A stretch of 64,000 bases of DNA, from assembly GCA_023267535.1 (NCBI GenBank), contig JAHFNC010000003.1, forward strand, positions 75,653-139,652, in the 5' to 3' direction. The notes below the pieces were generated by a model. It did no database searches and was not told the origin of the DNA. It saw only the letters and a list, made by a program, of their open reading frames with translations. Made by a program: the position numbers and the translations under genes. Of the stretch, positions 18,730-28,557 are shown one piece after another (within the stretch, counting starts at the first letter, position 1; the number at the start of each line of letters is the position of its first letter). The DNA is from a bacterium (GTDB lineage: Bacteria > Patescibacteriota > Minisyncoccia > Phycocordibacterales > UBA5272).

Positions 18730-19491
18730 ATGAAAAAATTCAACAAACCGATTATTGTTGGTAATTGGAAAGCAGACATAGAGACAATTAAACAAGCACT
18801 TTCGACAATAAAAAACATAGACAAAATATTAACTTCTAAAAAATTAAAAAAAGTTAGTTATTGCTTGGCTGTGCCTGAAGTTTTTATATCTTCTCTAACA
18901 AAAATCTCTAAATATGGATTAATCGGCGCTCAAAATATAACAGGAACAGAATCTGGACAACAGACAGGACAAACCACACCATCAATGCTTCTGTCATCTG
19001 GTGCAAATTTTACAATTATCGGCCATAGTGAAGTAAGAAAAGTAGGCGAAACAGATGAAATCATTTCAAAAAAGGTAATCTCAGCTCTTGAAAAAAAACT
19101 ACCTGTCATTTTATGTATCGGTGAAGAAAAAAGAGACAATGAGGGTAAATACATTTCCCATTTAGAAGGACAACTAAAAAAAGACTTACATTTAGTAAAA
19201 AGAGAAATGTTAACAAATTTAATAATTGCTTACGAACCAATTTGGGCGATAGGTGCAAGAAATAGCGCTACTGTCCACGAGTGTTTTGAAACTGTTATCG
19301 CTATCAGAAGATCACTGTCGTCTATGTTTGGTATCGATTATGCAAAAAAAGTTTCCATCCTTTACGGTGGAGCAGTTGATGAAAAAAATTCAAAGAATTT
19401 TATGAATGATGGGGGAATTGACGGACTACTGGTGGGAAGGGCTTCACAAGAGGCAAAAAAATTCTCTTCAATATTAATTTCTTTAAAATAA
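18730..19491 (+). CDS. tpiA: triose-phosphate isomerase
   Basis: IIVGNWKAD start, IGHSEVR, AYEPIWAIGARN and the GGAVDEKN loop are TIM-barrel catalytic motifs. Confidence 0.8.
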   Translation: MKKFNKPIIVGNWKADIETIKQALSTIKNIDKILTSKKLKKVSYCLAVPEVFISSLTKISKYGLIGAQNITGTESGQQTGQTTPSMLLSSGANFTIIGHSEVRKVGETDEIISKKVISALEKKLPVILCIGEEKRDNEGKYISHLEGQLKKDLHLVKREMLTNLIIAYEPIWAIGARNSATVHECFETVIAIRRSLSSMFGIDYAKKVSILYGGAVDEKNSKNFMNDGGIDGLLVGRASQEAKKFSSILISLK

Positions 19492-20643
19492 ATGGCAGAA
19501 AATTCTTGGGAAAATTTTGTAATTAAAGATTTAGAAAAATTAAGACAGAAAAAAGTTCTGATTCGTGTTGATTTTAATCTGCCAACCAAAGACGGTGTAG
19601 TACTAGACACTTATCGTCTTGATTCAGTTGTCAGTTTTTTGAAAGACTTATATCTTGTTGGTGCAAAAATAATTTTACTTTCGCATTTCGGAGAAAAGGG
19701 TGAGAGTATAAAACCAGTAGCTGATATTTTTATTAAAAAACTTCCATTTACTAAATTTTTACAGACAACAAACTTTGAAGAAATTAAAAAAGCGGTTGAC
19801 GAAATGAATGCTGGAGAAACAATTTTACTTGAAAATACAAGAATGTTTAAAGGTGAAGAAGAAAATGTTCCGTCCCTTGCAAGAAATTTTGCCGAACTTG
19901 GAGATGTTTTTATAAACGACGCCTTTTCAGTGTCCCACAGGGAACACGCTAGTATTGTTGGGATTCCAAAAAGTAGGCTTTCGTATTTTGGACCAACCTT
20001 TGAGAGAGAATTAACTAACTTAAGTAAATTATTAAACCCAAAAACCCCAGCTTTACTTATATTAGGTGGTGCTAAGTTTGGAACTAAATTAAATTTAATC
20101 AGAAAATATGTAAATCAAGGAGTTGATTTATATGTAGGAGGCGCCTTAGCTCACGCTTTTATGAAAGGGCGCGGAAAAAATATTGGTAAGAGTTTTTATG
20201 ATGACAAAGTAGCTCTAACTGATGATCTTATTTTTCACGCTAATATAGATATACCAAATGATGTCACTACAAAAAGTGGAGACAATTTAAAACTAGAAGA
20301 GATGACTGATAACGACATAATTGTTGATATAGGAAAAGAAAGTATTTTAGAACTTGATAAACTAATTGATAAATCAGAGACAATAATTATGAACGGGCCG
20401 CTTGGTCTATACGAAGATGGCTTTAGATTTGGAACTGAAAAAATTCTAACAAAATTATCATTATTACCAAAAGAAAAAAGTGTAACTATTGGTGGGGGGG
20501 ACACTGTAGCTTGTGCCAATACCCTTGGTGTTATTAAAGATATTGGATATGTCTCATTAGGTGGAGGAGCTATGCTTGAATATTTAGCCAACGGAACCCT
20601 TCCTGGTATTACAGCTATCTCTAGTAGTGGACTAAAAATCTAG
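19492..20643 (+). CDS. pgk: phosphoglycerate kinase
   Basis: VLIRVDFNLP, IILLSHFGEKGE, DAFSVSHREHASIVG and the C-terminal GGGDT/GGGAMLEYL motifs. Confidence 0.9.
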   Translation: MAENSWENFVIKDLEKLRQKKVLIRVDFNLPTKDGVVLDTYRLDSVVSFLKDLYLVGAKIILLSHFGEKGESIKPVADIFIKKLPFTKFLQTTNFEEIKKAVDEMNAGETILLENTRMFKGEEENVPSLARNFAELGDVFINDAFSVSHREHASIVGIPKSRLSYFGPTFERELTNLSKLLNPKTPALLILGGAKFGTKLNLIRKYVNQGVDLYVGGALAHAFMKGRGKNIGKSFYDDKVALTDDLIFHANIDIPNDVTTKSGDNLKLEEMTDNDIIVDIGKESILELDKLIDKSETIIMNGPLGLYEDGFRFGTEKILTKLSLLPKEKSVTIGGGDTVACANTLGVIKDIGYVSLGGGAMLEYLANGTLPGITAISSSGLKI

Positions 20644-21399
20644 TTCTAATTCTGTCGGACAGTGGTCACTTCCAAAAATATCGTTTAGTATTTCTGCTTT
20701 TTTTATTTTGTTTTTTAAATTTTTACTTACGAAAAAGTAATCTATTCTCCAGCCGATGTCTCTATCTCTTGATCTTGTTTTCATATCCCACCAACTATAC
20801 TTCACTTCATTTGGATGTTCATTTCTAAAGGTGTCTATAAAATTTTCTTCAAGTAATTTATCTACGAACTTTCTTTCAATAAGTAAAAATCCAATATGAT
20901 TTTCGTTTTCTTTTGGTCTAGCGATATCTATTTCATTATGAGCCACATTTAAATCTCCACAGAAAATAATATTTTTATTTTCTTTTTCTAATTTTTTAAC
21001 TTTCTTTAAGAACTCATGATAATAAGATAATTTAAATTTAAAATGTTCTGTATCTCTTCCTCCATTTGGAAAATAACAAGTAACAAAAATAAAATTTTTA
21101 AAGTGAAGAGTTAGCATTCTTCCTTCATGGTCCATTTCTTTTATTCCCAAGCCACACTCAACCTTGATTGGTTTTTCTTTACAATAAACTGCCACCCCAG
21201 AATATCCTTTTCTTTCTTTAGAGCTATCAAAAAAATAATTGTAACCTTCGGGAGCAAAAGCTCCGTCTGGTAACTGGTCAACTTTGCATTTAGTTTCTTG
21301 GACAGCAAAAATGTCTGGAGACATATCAAAAATTTGTTTCAATTGTCCTTTCTTTTCTACCGCTCTTAATCCGTTTACATTCCAAGATATGAATTTCAT
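20632..21399 (-). CDS. xth: exodeoxyribonuclease III (AP endonuclease)
   Basis: MKFISWNVNGLRA start, QETK, CGDLNVAHNEIDI and a C-terminal SDHCP motif of the Exo III/EEP family. Confidence 0.85.
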   Translation of the reverse strand: MKFISWNVNGLRAVEKKGQLKQIFDMSPDIFAVQETKCKVDQLPDGAFAPEGYNYFFDSSKERKGYSGVAVYCKEKPIKVECGLGIKEMDHEGRMLTLHFKNFIFVTCYFPNGGRDTEHFKFKLSYYHEFLKKVKKLEKENKNIIFCGDLNVAHNEIDIARPKENENHIGFLLIERKFVDKLLEENFIDTFRNEHPNEVKYSWWDMKTRSRDRDIGWRIDYFFVSKNLKNKIKKAEILNDIFGSDHCPTELELDF

Positions 21400-21498
21400 A
21401 CTTTAATTATAACAAAAAGATAAACCCGGCAAATTGCCCGATTTTCAAAGGATTATTCACTAGCCTCTAGTCGGTGGTATCTTTTGTGGAAACAAAAA

Positions 21499-22500
21499 TT
21501 AATCTTTACCTTTTCTCTTGGAATGAAACTTCTCGTACTGGTCACGTAAGAATTTATTAGTAACATTAGTATAAATCTGAGTGGTGGAAATGGAAGCGTG
21601 TCCAAGCATCATCTGCACAGTACGTAAATCAGCTCCATTATATAAAAGATCAGTGGCAAAGGAGTGACGAATAACATGCGGAGTACATTTTTTTGCAATA
21701 CCAGATAGAACAGCGTATTTTTCAAGAGTCCTTTCAACACTTCTCGGCGTTAGTCTAACTGATTCCTCTTTTTTCATTCTTGATAACGCTCGCGGGGAGT
21801 GATCAATAAACATCGCTTCATCAATATCCACTCTTTCGTTTAAATATTTTTTAACAGCGTCACGAGCGTCGTCAGAAATAAAGACCACTCTAATCTTTCC
21901 ACCTTTCCCACGAACTGAGATTTCACCAGTTCTAAAATCTGTATCTCTATCTAATGAACATAATTCTGACACACGAAGTCCGGTTGAAAATAAAAGCTCA
22001 AGAATAGCCTTATCTCGAAGTCCTGTCTTGGTACCTACATCTGGGGCATTTAATAAATTGTTTAAATCTTTTTCAGATATCAAATCCAACTCTCTTTGAC
22101 TAGTCTTAGCTAACTCAATTCTTTCTGGATCATAACTCTGAACACCTCTTTTACGAATATATTTTAGAAAGGCACGAAGAGCAATCAAATGATAGTTTTG
22201 GGTTTTTTTGTCCAACGTGTCTGCCGGTTGTCCTTTTTTTGCCTTTCTTGCAGGTTGTCTATTAAGCCAAACTCGATATTCACGCATAATACTTTCAGAA
22301 ACTGAGGAAGGGGAGTCGGTATTAGCAAATTTAAGAAATCTGTTCAAATAATGATCATAATTACGAACAGTTAGGGCGCTTCGACCTTTTTCAATCTCTA
22401 TATATTGCAAAAAGTCATACTTTAGGTCGTTTAAGGAATGCATACGTATATTATAGCTTAATGTCGCACAATTCCTGTTGGATAACCCCAAATACCTCAA
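21499..22500 (-). CDS. xerC: tyrosine recombinase XerC/XerD-like (start possibly at an internal Met near 22443)
   Basis: Core-binding domain plus catalytic domain with R..HxxR..Y context (RHSFATDLLYNGADLRTVQMMLGHASISTTQIYTNV). Confidence 0.8.
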   Translation of the reverse strand: MRYLGLSNRNCATLSYNIRMHSLNDLKYDFLQYIEIEKGRSALTVRNYDHYLNRFLKFANTDSPSSVSESIMREYRVWLNRQPARKAKKGQPADTLDKKTQNYHLIALRAFLKYIRKRGVQSYDPERIELAKTSQRELDLISEKDLNNLLNAPDVGTKTGLRDKAILELLFSTGLRVSELCSLDRDTDFRTGEISVRGKGGKIRVVFISDDARDAVKKYLNERVDIDEAMFIDHSPRALSRMKKEESVRLTPRSVERTLEKYAVLSGIAKKCTPHVIRHSFATDLLYNGADLRTVQMMLGHASISTTQIYTNVTNKFLRDQYEKFHSKRKGKD

Positions 22501-22590
22501 AAATGAAGGAAAATAAGCCTGAAATTGAAGCCTCCCAGCTATTGCATTTTTTAAAAATATGTGATACTATATGGACATAGTTAGAAAGAT

Positions 22591-22854
22591 ATGCTTACAG
22601 CTAAGAAAAAAACAAAGGTAATAAAGGATTCCCAAATTCACGCTAAAGACACAGGTTCTCCTGAGGTCCAAGTGGCGATTTTGACTAAAAAAATAACAGA
22701 ATTAACTGGGCATCTTAAGACACACAAGAAAGATAATCATTCTCGTCGTGGATTAATCCAAATGGTGGCGGATCGCCGTTCTCATTTGAAATATTTAGAA
22801 GTTTCAAACAAAAAGCGTTACAACGCTATAGTAAAAAAACTAGAACTTAAATAA
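22591..22854 (+). CDS. rpsO: 30S ribosomal protein S15
   Basis: 87 aa. GSPEVQVAILTKKITELTGHLKTHKKDNHSRRGLIQMVADRRSHLKYL. Confidence 0.9.
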   Translation: MLTAKKKTKVIKDSQIHAKDTGSPEVQVAILTKKITELTGHLKTHKKDNHSRRGLIQMVADRRSHLKYLEVSNKKRYNAIVKKLELK

Positions 22855-22857
22855 ATT

Positions 22858-22882
22858 AAAGCGCCATAGACTGGCGTTTTAA
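22858..22882 (+). terminator. rho-independent terminator after rpsO
   Basis: AAGCGCCATAGACTGGCGTTTTAATTT. Confidence 0.5.
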
Positions 22883-23005
22883 TTTCTTATCTCTTTTTAA
22901 CTATAATTTTAATAATATAATCAGCTACTTATTTTTAGTAATAAAAACAAATTTTGTTTAATAATATAAACAAAAAACTGAAAACTGGTAACTACAACTA
23001 TTTAT

Positions 23006-23632
23006 ATGTCAGTAATAAAACATAATGATCAGCGTGTGGCTGTTTTTATAGACACACAAAACTTATATCACAGTGCAAAAAACTTATACAACACAAAAGT
23101 AAACTTCGGAGCAATAATGAAGGAGGTAATCGGAAAAAGAAAACTTATACGTGCTATCGCCTATGTTATAACCACCGAAGCTGGAGATGAAACACAATTC
23201 TTTGAAGCTTTAACAAAACTTGGGATTGAAACCAAGACAAAAGATTTACAAGTCTTTTATGGTGGATCAAAGAAAGCCGACTGGGATGTTGGTATGGCAG
23301 TTGATGCTATACGCCTTGCTCCAAAAGTAGACACCATCGTCTTAGCAACGGGGGACGGGGACTTCGTACCACTTGTTACTTTCTTAAAAGAACATTTTGG
23401 GGTTCAGGTTGAAGTCATTTCATTTGGTAGATCATCATCATCAAAACTTCGCGAAGCTTGTGAAGATTTTATTGATATGTGTGAAAAACCAGGAGACTTC
23501 TTAATAGGACATGGGAATGCAAAGAGAAAAAGTTCTCCGAACCCTTCTTCAAATTCAAACTCTTCAAAGAAAAGAGTTCCAAAACAAAAAGAGGTGAAAG
23601 AATTCTCAGATGAAGCATTAGGAATATTCTAG
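23006..23632 (+). CDS. NYN domain (LabA-like) protein
   Basis: VAVFIDTQNLYHSAKNL...AIAYVI...DWDVGMAVDAI...IVLATGDGDFVPLV match the NYN/LabA nuclease-fold acidic motifs. Low-complexity S/N-rich C-terminal tail. Confidence 0.75.
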   Translation: MSVIKHNDQRVAVFIDTQNLYHSAKNLYNTKVNFGAIMKEVIGKRKLIRAIAYVITTEAGDETQFFEALTKLGIETKTKDLQVFYGGSKKADWDVGMAVDAIRLAPKVDTIVLATGDGDFVPLVTFLKEHFGVQVEVISFGRSSSSKLREACEDFIDMCEKPGDFLIGHGNAKRKSSPNPSSNSNSSKKRVPKQKEVKEFSDEALGIF

Positions 23633-23644
23633 TGATTTAAAAAA

Positions 23645-23680
23645 TAAAGGGCGCGACCTACGGTCGCGCCCTTTTGTGTT
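23645..23680 (+). terminator. rho-independent terminator
   Basis: AAAGGGCGCGACCTACGGTCGCGCCCTTTTGTGTT. Confidence 0.75.
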
Positions 23681-23691
23681 ACAATTTACAC

Positions 23692-24324
23692 ATGTCTGTG
23701 CCAAACATAGAAACATTTGAATACGATATTTCTAACGAAATAAAAACTACTGATGCAACCATTTCAAATATTGCATCAGCTTCTGGAACTATAGAAAATA
23801 AAGAAATCAGCTCAACTAAAGATAGAAATTTTTTTCTTTTAATAATTTTTTCTATTATTTTGATTGTGATAAGTGTGGTCTCTATTCTGGGTTATAATTT
23901 TTATTTAAACACAACAACCAACACTCAAAATGCAATTGCGACGACGACAATAAACGGAACAGCGGGTGTATTAACCAAGGACTTCCCAATATTTGATACC
24001 AACGTTGGAAGATTTGTTTCAAGCACCAAGAAAACAAATTTGGGTTATGATATGACACTTAATGATTACTCCAACGTCTTTGCTTATATTTTAAGAAATG
24101 AAGGAACTTTTCTAAATGAAGCCGTTGCCTCACTAAAAATAAAAATAACTAATGCGACAGATACTCCGCAAATAATAAATATAACCGAGTCAAATCAAAA
24201 TATGAGGGCTTTAGTTTACGGTAGTACAACTTATATGGTTTATGCCTTTGTAAACAATAATCACTTAGTGGTATCACCAGCTGTGGAGGGAATTATTTTT
24301 ATGAGAAATGATATTATGAAGTAA
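23692..24324 (+). CDS. hypothetical membrane-anchored protein
   Basis: Start at ATG 23692 (MSVPNIETF) preferred over the TTG at 23674, which sits inside the terminator. One TM helix (FFLLIIFSIILIVISVVSILGY). The stop overlaps the comM start (TAATG). Confidence 0.45.
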   Translation: MSVPNIETFEYDISNEIKTTDATISNIASASGTIENKEISSTKDRNFFLLIIFSIILIVISVVSILGYNFYLNTTTNTQNAIATTTINGTAGVLTKDFPIFDTNVGRFVSSTKKTNLGYDMTLNDYSNVFAYILRNEGTFLNEAVASLKIKITNATDTPQIINITESNQNMRALVYGSTTYMVYAFVNNNHLVVSPAVEGIIFMRNDIMK

Positions 24325-25874
24325 TGAGCGTCGCTAATGTAAAAAGTTCTTACATTTTTGGTCTTGAAGCTACACCTGTTTCTGTTGAGGTTGATGTGTC
24401 GTCTGGTATTTATTCGTTTTCAATTGTCGGACTTCCTGACAAAGCAATAGACGAAAGTAAAGATCGAGTAATTTCAGCAATAAAAAATACCGGACTACTT
24501 AATCCTAAAAAAGAAGGCCAGAAAATAATTGTTTCTCTTTCTCCTGCGCATATTAAAAAAGAGGGAACACATTTTGATTTACCAATTGCCATTTCATATC
24601 TACTAGCATCAAAACAGATATCATTTGATTCAAAAGATAAATGGTTCGTGGGTGAACTCTCTTTAAATGGTGACTTACAACCGATGCAAGGAGTGTTATC
24701 CATCGCCGAATGCGCTAAGAAAAATAATATTAAAGAATTATTTGTTCCAGAAAAAAATAAACTGGAAGCATCTTTAGTTCCTGGAATAAAAGTTTTTGGT
24801 TGTTCTTCCTTGAAAGAAGTTGTTAAACATTTTGGTGGGCTTGTGGACGCCGAAGAAATAGACGTTTTTAAAATAAAAGAAACAGACACTACAGAAATAA
24901 TTTATAAACGCCCAGATTTTTATCTTGATTTCAAAGATGTCAGGGGGCAAGAGTTAGCTAAAAAAGCTCTTGAGATTGCTGCTAGTGGCGGACACAACAT
25001 TGCGCTTTATGGACCACCAGGAACAGGAAAAACAATGTTAGCTAGAGCTTTTTCTGGAATACTTCCACCCTTACTTAAAGATGAAATCTTTGAAGTAAAC
25101 AGAATCCACTCAATAGCTAGTAGAGCAAGTGATTTGATAACTAGCCCGCCTTTCCGATCGCCTCATCATACTTCATCTTATATATCTTTGGTTGGTGGTG
25201 GGGCAAATCCACGCCCTGGGGAAGTAACTTTAGCTCATCGTGGAGTTCTCTTCTTAGATGAATTTCCAGAATTTGATAAAAGAGTAATTGAAAGTTTAAG
25301 ACAGCCCCTCGAAGAAGGGAATATAACCGTAGCTAGAGCTAAGGGGAGTTTTGTTTTTCCAGCATCTTGTATTGTTATTATTGCTATGAATCCGTGTCCT
25401 TGCGGATATATGGGAAGTAAAATTAAAAGATGCATTTGTCGCCAATCTGATATTGAAAAATATGCTAGAAAATTATCTGGCCCAATTATGGACAGAATTG
25501 ATATGTGGGTGCCGGTACAGCATATTGATTACAATACATTATCAGATAATAAAATCGGTGAGGGAAGTTTGGAAATTGGAAAAAGAGTAAATAACGCAAG
25601 AGAGTTTGCGGTTGAGAGATTTAATAAAATAGGAAAGAATATAAAATCAAATAAAGAGATTAGTGCTAAAGATATTAATTCTTACATTTCACTTTCGGAA
25701 AATGCTAAAGATTTAATAAAAAAGTTAGCAATTAAATACGCATTATCACCGAGAGCTTATCACAGGATGTTACGTGTCGCCAGAACCATTGCTGATTTAG
25801 ACAAAAAAGAAAATATAAACGAGGAACATATACTTGAAGCTTTTCAGTATAGGCCGAAGATGTATGAGAATTAA
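24324..25874 (+). CDS. comM: YifB/ComM family Mg-chelatase-like AAA+ ATPase
   Basis: N-terminal Lon-protease-like domain, Walker A GPPGTGKTMLA, Walker B VLFLDEF and a C-terminal ChlI-like domain. Confidence 0.85.
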   Translation: MSVANVKSSYIFGLEATPVSVEVDVSSGIYSFSIVGLPDKAIDESKDRVISAIKNTGLLNPKKEGQKIIVSLSPAHIKKEGTHFDLPIAISYLLASKQISFDSKDKWFVGELSLNGDLQPMQGVLSIAECAKKNNIKELFVPEKNKLEASLVPGIKVFGCSSLKEVVKHFGGLVDAEEIDVFKIKETDTTEIIYKRPDFYLDFKDVRGQELAKKALEIAASGGHNIALYGPPGTGKTMLARAFSGILPPLLKDEIFEVNRIHSIASRASDLITSPPFRSPHHTSSYISLVGGGANPRPGEVTLAHRGVLFLDEFPEFDKRVIESLRQPLEEGNITVARAKGSFVFPASCIVIIAMNPCPCGYMGSKIKRCICRQSDIEKYARKLSGPIMDRIDMWVPVQHIDYNTLSDNKIGEGSLEIGKRVNNAREFAVERFNKIGKNIKSNKEISAKDINSYISLSENAKDLIKKLAIKYALSPRAYHRMLRVARTIADLDKKENINEEHILEAFQYRPKMYEN

Positions 25875-25887
25875 ACTCTCAGCCATC

Positions 25888-26012
25888 TTTTTGTTTTAAA
25901 ATTACTTTAGCTACGCGAAGCCTAGAGATTTTTCAAGGAAGGCGTACATCCAGTACGACGACTGAGAAAAATCTCGTAGCGACAAAGTAGATAAAGTGAT
26001 TTTAAAACAAAA
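25888..26012. repeat. structured palindromic element, family A copy 2
   Basis: Outer arms TTGTTTTAAAAT / ATTTTAAAACAA are perfect complements. Internal CTACGCGAAGC and CGTAGCGACAAAG motifs match copy 1. A nested 10-bp IR GAGATTTTTC/GAAAAATCTC is also present. The element lies between convergent gene ends. Confidence 0.5.
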
Positions 26013-26013
26013 A

Positions 26014-27039
26014 CTAAAATGGGTTTCTGGCTCCACGCACTTCAAAATGAAGGTGAGGTCCGGTTGAGTGTCCAGTATTACCGAGTGCTCCAATTACTTC
26101 TCCCTGAGATACTTGTTGACCCGCTGATACATAAATATTACTTAAGTGGGCGTAAACAGTCTGGATATTTCCTTCATGCATGATGATAATCATATTTCCA
26201 TAACCACCATTATATCCACCCATCTTAGCTAGAATCACACGACCGTCACCGGAGGCCATAACTGGTGTTCCAAGTGGCGCAGCCAAATCAACTCCGTTGT
26301 GGCCATGAAGCCCTTGAGTCTTTCTTCCTCCGGTAATTGGGCGAATCAAAAATCCGCTAGGAGCTGAAGTTGTGTACTTATCAAGCAACTTTGAAGTTGT
26401 CTTTGGTTTACCGGTGCCCGTTGTTGAAACAACAGTTATTTCACCAGCCGGAACTAAAATAGTATCTCCTACTGCCAGCTTAGAATCTTTAACTATTCCG
26501 TTGAATTTTGCGATATCATCAGCATCAGCTTTATATTTTTTAGCAATAGAAGAAACAGTATCTCCTTTCTTAACAACATGCTTGATTCCAGTTATTGGAA
26601 GAATAACCAATGTGTCTCCTGGGGTTAAGGTATTTGATTTCAAATCGTTTGCCCAAATAATCGTATTCTTAGAAACACCGAAGAGTTTAGCTACGGTAGA
26701 TAACGTGTCTCCTTTCTTAACTTCATAAACATTAATCTGGTCGTTAGTCGGAATATCAAGATCTTCAGTTGAAATACGAAGAGATCCGTTAACAGCAGAC
26801 AAACTATCTGTCGTAGAAGAAATTTCTTCTTCTACCGCACCGTTTATATCAGAACTATCAACAACTGTTGGCTTCAAAACATCCATAGTTTGAGATGATT
26901 TGGTCGCCTCTTGGTCAACATTGTCACTTTTTGTAATGAAAGATTTTACTTTGTCAGTAATGTCTGAGAAGATAGAAGCCTTAGAATGATTCGGCCACAT
27001 CAAAAAAATAAAAAGCAGGGAGAGAGTTATGTTTCGCAT
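26014..27039 (-). CDS. LysM-domain peptidoglycan-binding M23 family metallopeptidase
   Basis: Signal peptide, three LysM repeats (VKKGDTLSTVAKLFGVSKNTIIWAN etc.) and a C-terminal M23 domain (HNGVDLAAPLGTPV ... GHSTGPHLHFEV). Confidence 0.85.
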   Translation of the reverse strand: MRNITLSLLFIFLMWPNHSKASIFSDITDKVKSFITKSDNVDQEATKSSQTMDVLKPTVVDSSDINGAVEEEISSTTDSLSAVNGSLRISTEDLDIPTNDQINVYEVKKGDTLSTVAKLFGVSKNTIIWANDLKSNTLTPGDTLVILPITGIKHVVKKGDTVSSIAKKYKADADDIAKFNGIVKDSKLAVGDTILVPAGEITVVSTTGTGKPKTTSKLLDKYTTSAPSGFLIRPITGGRKTQGLHGHNGVDLAAPLGTPVMASGDGRVILAKMGGYNGGYGNMIIIMHEGNIQTVYAHLSNIYVSAGQQVSQGEVIGALGNTGHSTGPHLHFEVRGARNPF

Positions 27040-27250
27040 ATGATTGCGTTTTTTATTGTCTACTAAAATGGGTTTAAATTAAAAATCGTTTGTTACAACG
27101 ATTAAGGATTTTGTAAAGGTTATTTAGATAACTCTCCTAATATATTTATCCTAGCAAAAAATAAACCTCAAAACAATAACCTAAGTCACATTTTGTGGAA
27201 AATTGATAATTATTCCTTTAAAATAAGGTATACTTTAATATATAGAGTTT

Positions 27251-28246
27251 ATGTCTACTATCTCAGATAATATACAAAATGTTTCTACTGGCAGAGATTT
27301 GGGAACTTTTTCTGCGCCACCAAAAAACCACAATGAGGGTCTGGTTTCTCCTTACGGAAGACTGCTTGGTCAAAATAAAAATCACTTGCATCATGGAAGG
27401 CCCGAAATAAGACAGGGGAAGATTCGTCCAGGTGGAGAAATTCGCTCACTTAGAGAAAAATATCAAGTGCGAGCAACCGAACTACCACAACAAATAAAAA
27501 ATGAAGTTGAAAAACTAGAAGCTAAAATTATTTTGCCAAACAAAGAGGTCTTAAGACATGCTCCGGTTATAACTCATAGATTAAGAAGCGTAGATAAGCA
27601 AGAACCCGTGGAGGAAATTATGGAAGAAGTAATGGAAGCGGAAACTAATTTAAATGAATCAGAAAAAAAAGTAAGCGGGGAGTTATATAGAGAGGTAACT
27701 AGTATGACCGATCAAATAGCCTCTGGTATTTTGGAAAAACATAGAGATAGCGAAAACAGAACTGCTACTTTAATGATAGAAAGTCCTACGCCTCATGGTG
27801 TTAATCTTTTAGAAAAGCAAAGAGAAATAATGACAATTGAAAATACTGAGCGATTTATTGAATTAAGAGAAGATGAGAAAAGAATTGTTTTATCAATAGT
27901 AAGAGATGACCCAAAAGATTTGATTGCAAAATATTTTGAAAACACAGAATTATATGACTTGATAAATTCTGATAAAGAAAAAGTTAAGGGAGCAAGAAAG
28001 ACAAGTCCTTGGAATATTTTCTGCAACACTGACAGCGAAGCAATTATGGAAAATAATTTAGGAACACTTCACGACATAAGATCATCGGCTTCAAAATTAA
28101 TAAAAGATTTACTCTTCGTCTCTTTGGTTGTTGGAGTAGAAACAAATATTGATAATTTGAGTAAAGAAGAATCTCTAAATGATTTTTACTTAAACCAAAG
28201 AAACCAAATCTTCAAAAAACTTTCATCGCTTGGAATAAAATTTTAA
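27251..28246 (+). CDS. hypothetical protein
   Basis: 331 aa, charged and coiled-coil-like. No motif recognised. Confidence 0.5.
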   Translation: MSTISDNIQNVSTGRDLGTFSAPPKNHNEGLVSPYGRLLGQNKNHLHHGRPEIRQGKIRPGGEIRSLREKYQVRATELPQQIKNEVEKLEAKIILPNKEVLRHAPVITHRLRSVDKQEPVEEIMEEVMEAETNLNESEKKVSGELYREVTSMTDQIASGILEKHRDSENRTATLMIESPTPHGVNLLEKQREIMTIENTERFIELREDEKRIVLSIVRDDPKDLIAKYFENTELYDLINSDKEKVKGARKTSPWNIFCNTDSEAIMENNLGTLHDIRSSASKLIKDLLFVSLVVGVETNIDNLSKEESLNDFYLNQRNQIFKKLSSLGIKF

Positions 28247-28247
28247 T

Positions 28248-28550
28248 ATGGATTACGAAAAAACATACAAACAACTAATAGAAGATTTTGAGTTAAGTCA
28301 TTTGAAAGAAGATGAGAAAAGGGAAATACTTTTATCTCTAGCTAAGACAATACAAAAACAATTTTTACTCGATGTTCGTGAAAAATTAGATGACCAAAAG
28401 TGGTCAGCATTAAAGACATCGCTTTCTATGGGAAATGAGTTTTATGAGACAACGCTAAAGCATTTACTTCCAGATTACAATGAAGTTTTCAAAGACTCTC
28501 GCCAAAAAATAATTTCAAAATTCAAAGAAGATTCTCCTGTGCTACAATAG
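28248..28550 (+). CDS. hypothetical protein
   Basis: 100 aa ORF tightly packed between neighbours. Confidence 0.45.
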   Translation: MDYEKTYKQLIEDFELSHLKEDEKREILLSLAKTIQKQFLLDVREKLDDQKWSALKTSLSMGNEFYETTLKHLLPDYNEVFKDSRQKIISKFKEDSPVLQ

Positions 28551-28557
28551 TTCTTCT

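Noticed and set aside
21499-22500. XerC-like recombinase as marker of a prophage or integrative element
   Set aside because: Neighbours are housekeeping genes (xth, rpsO, pgk). No phage or mobile genes or att-like repeats flank it. The GC-rich island and tRNA repeat are 35 kb and 15 kb away.
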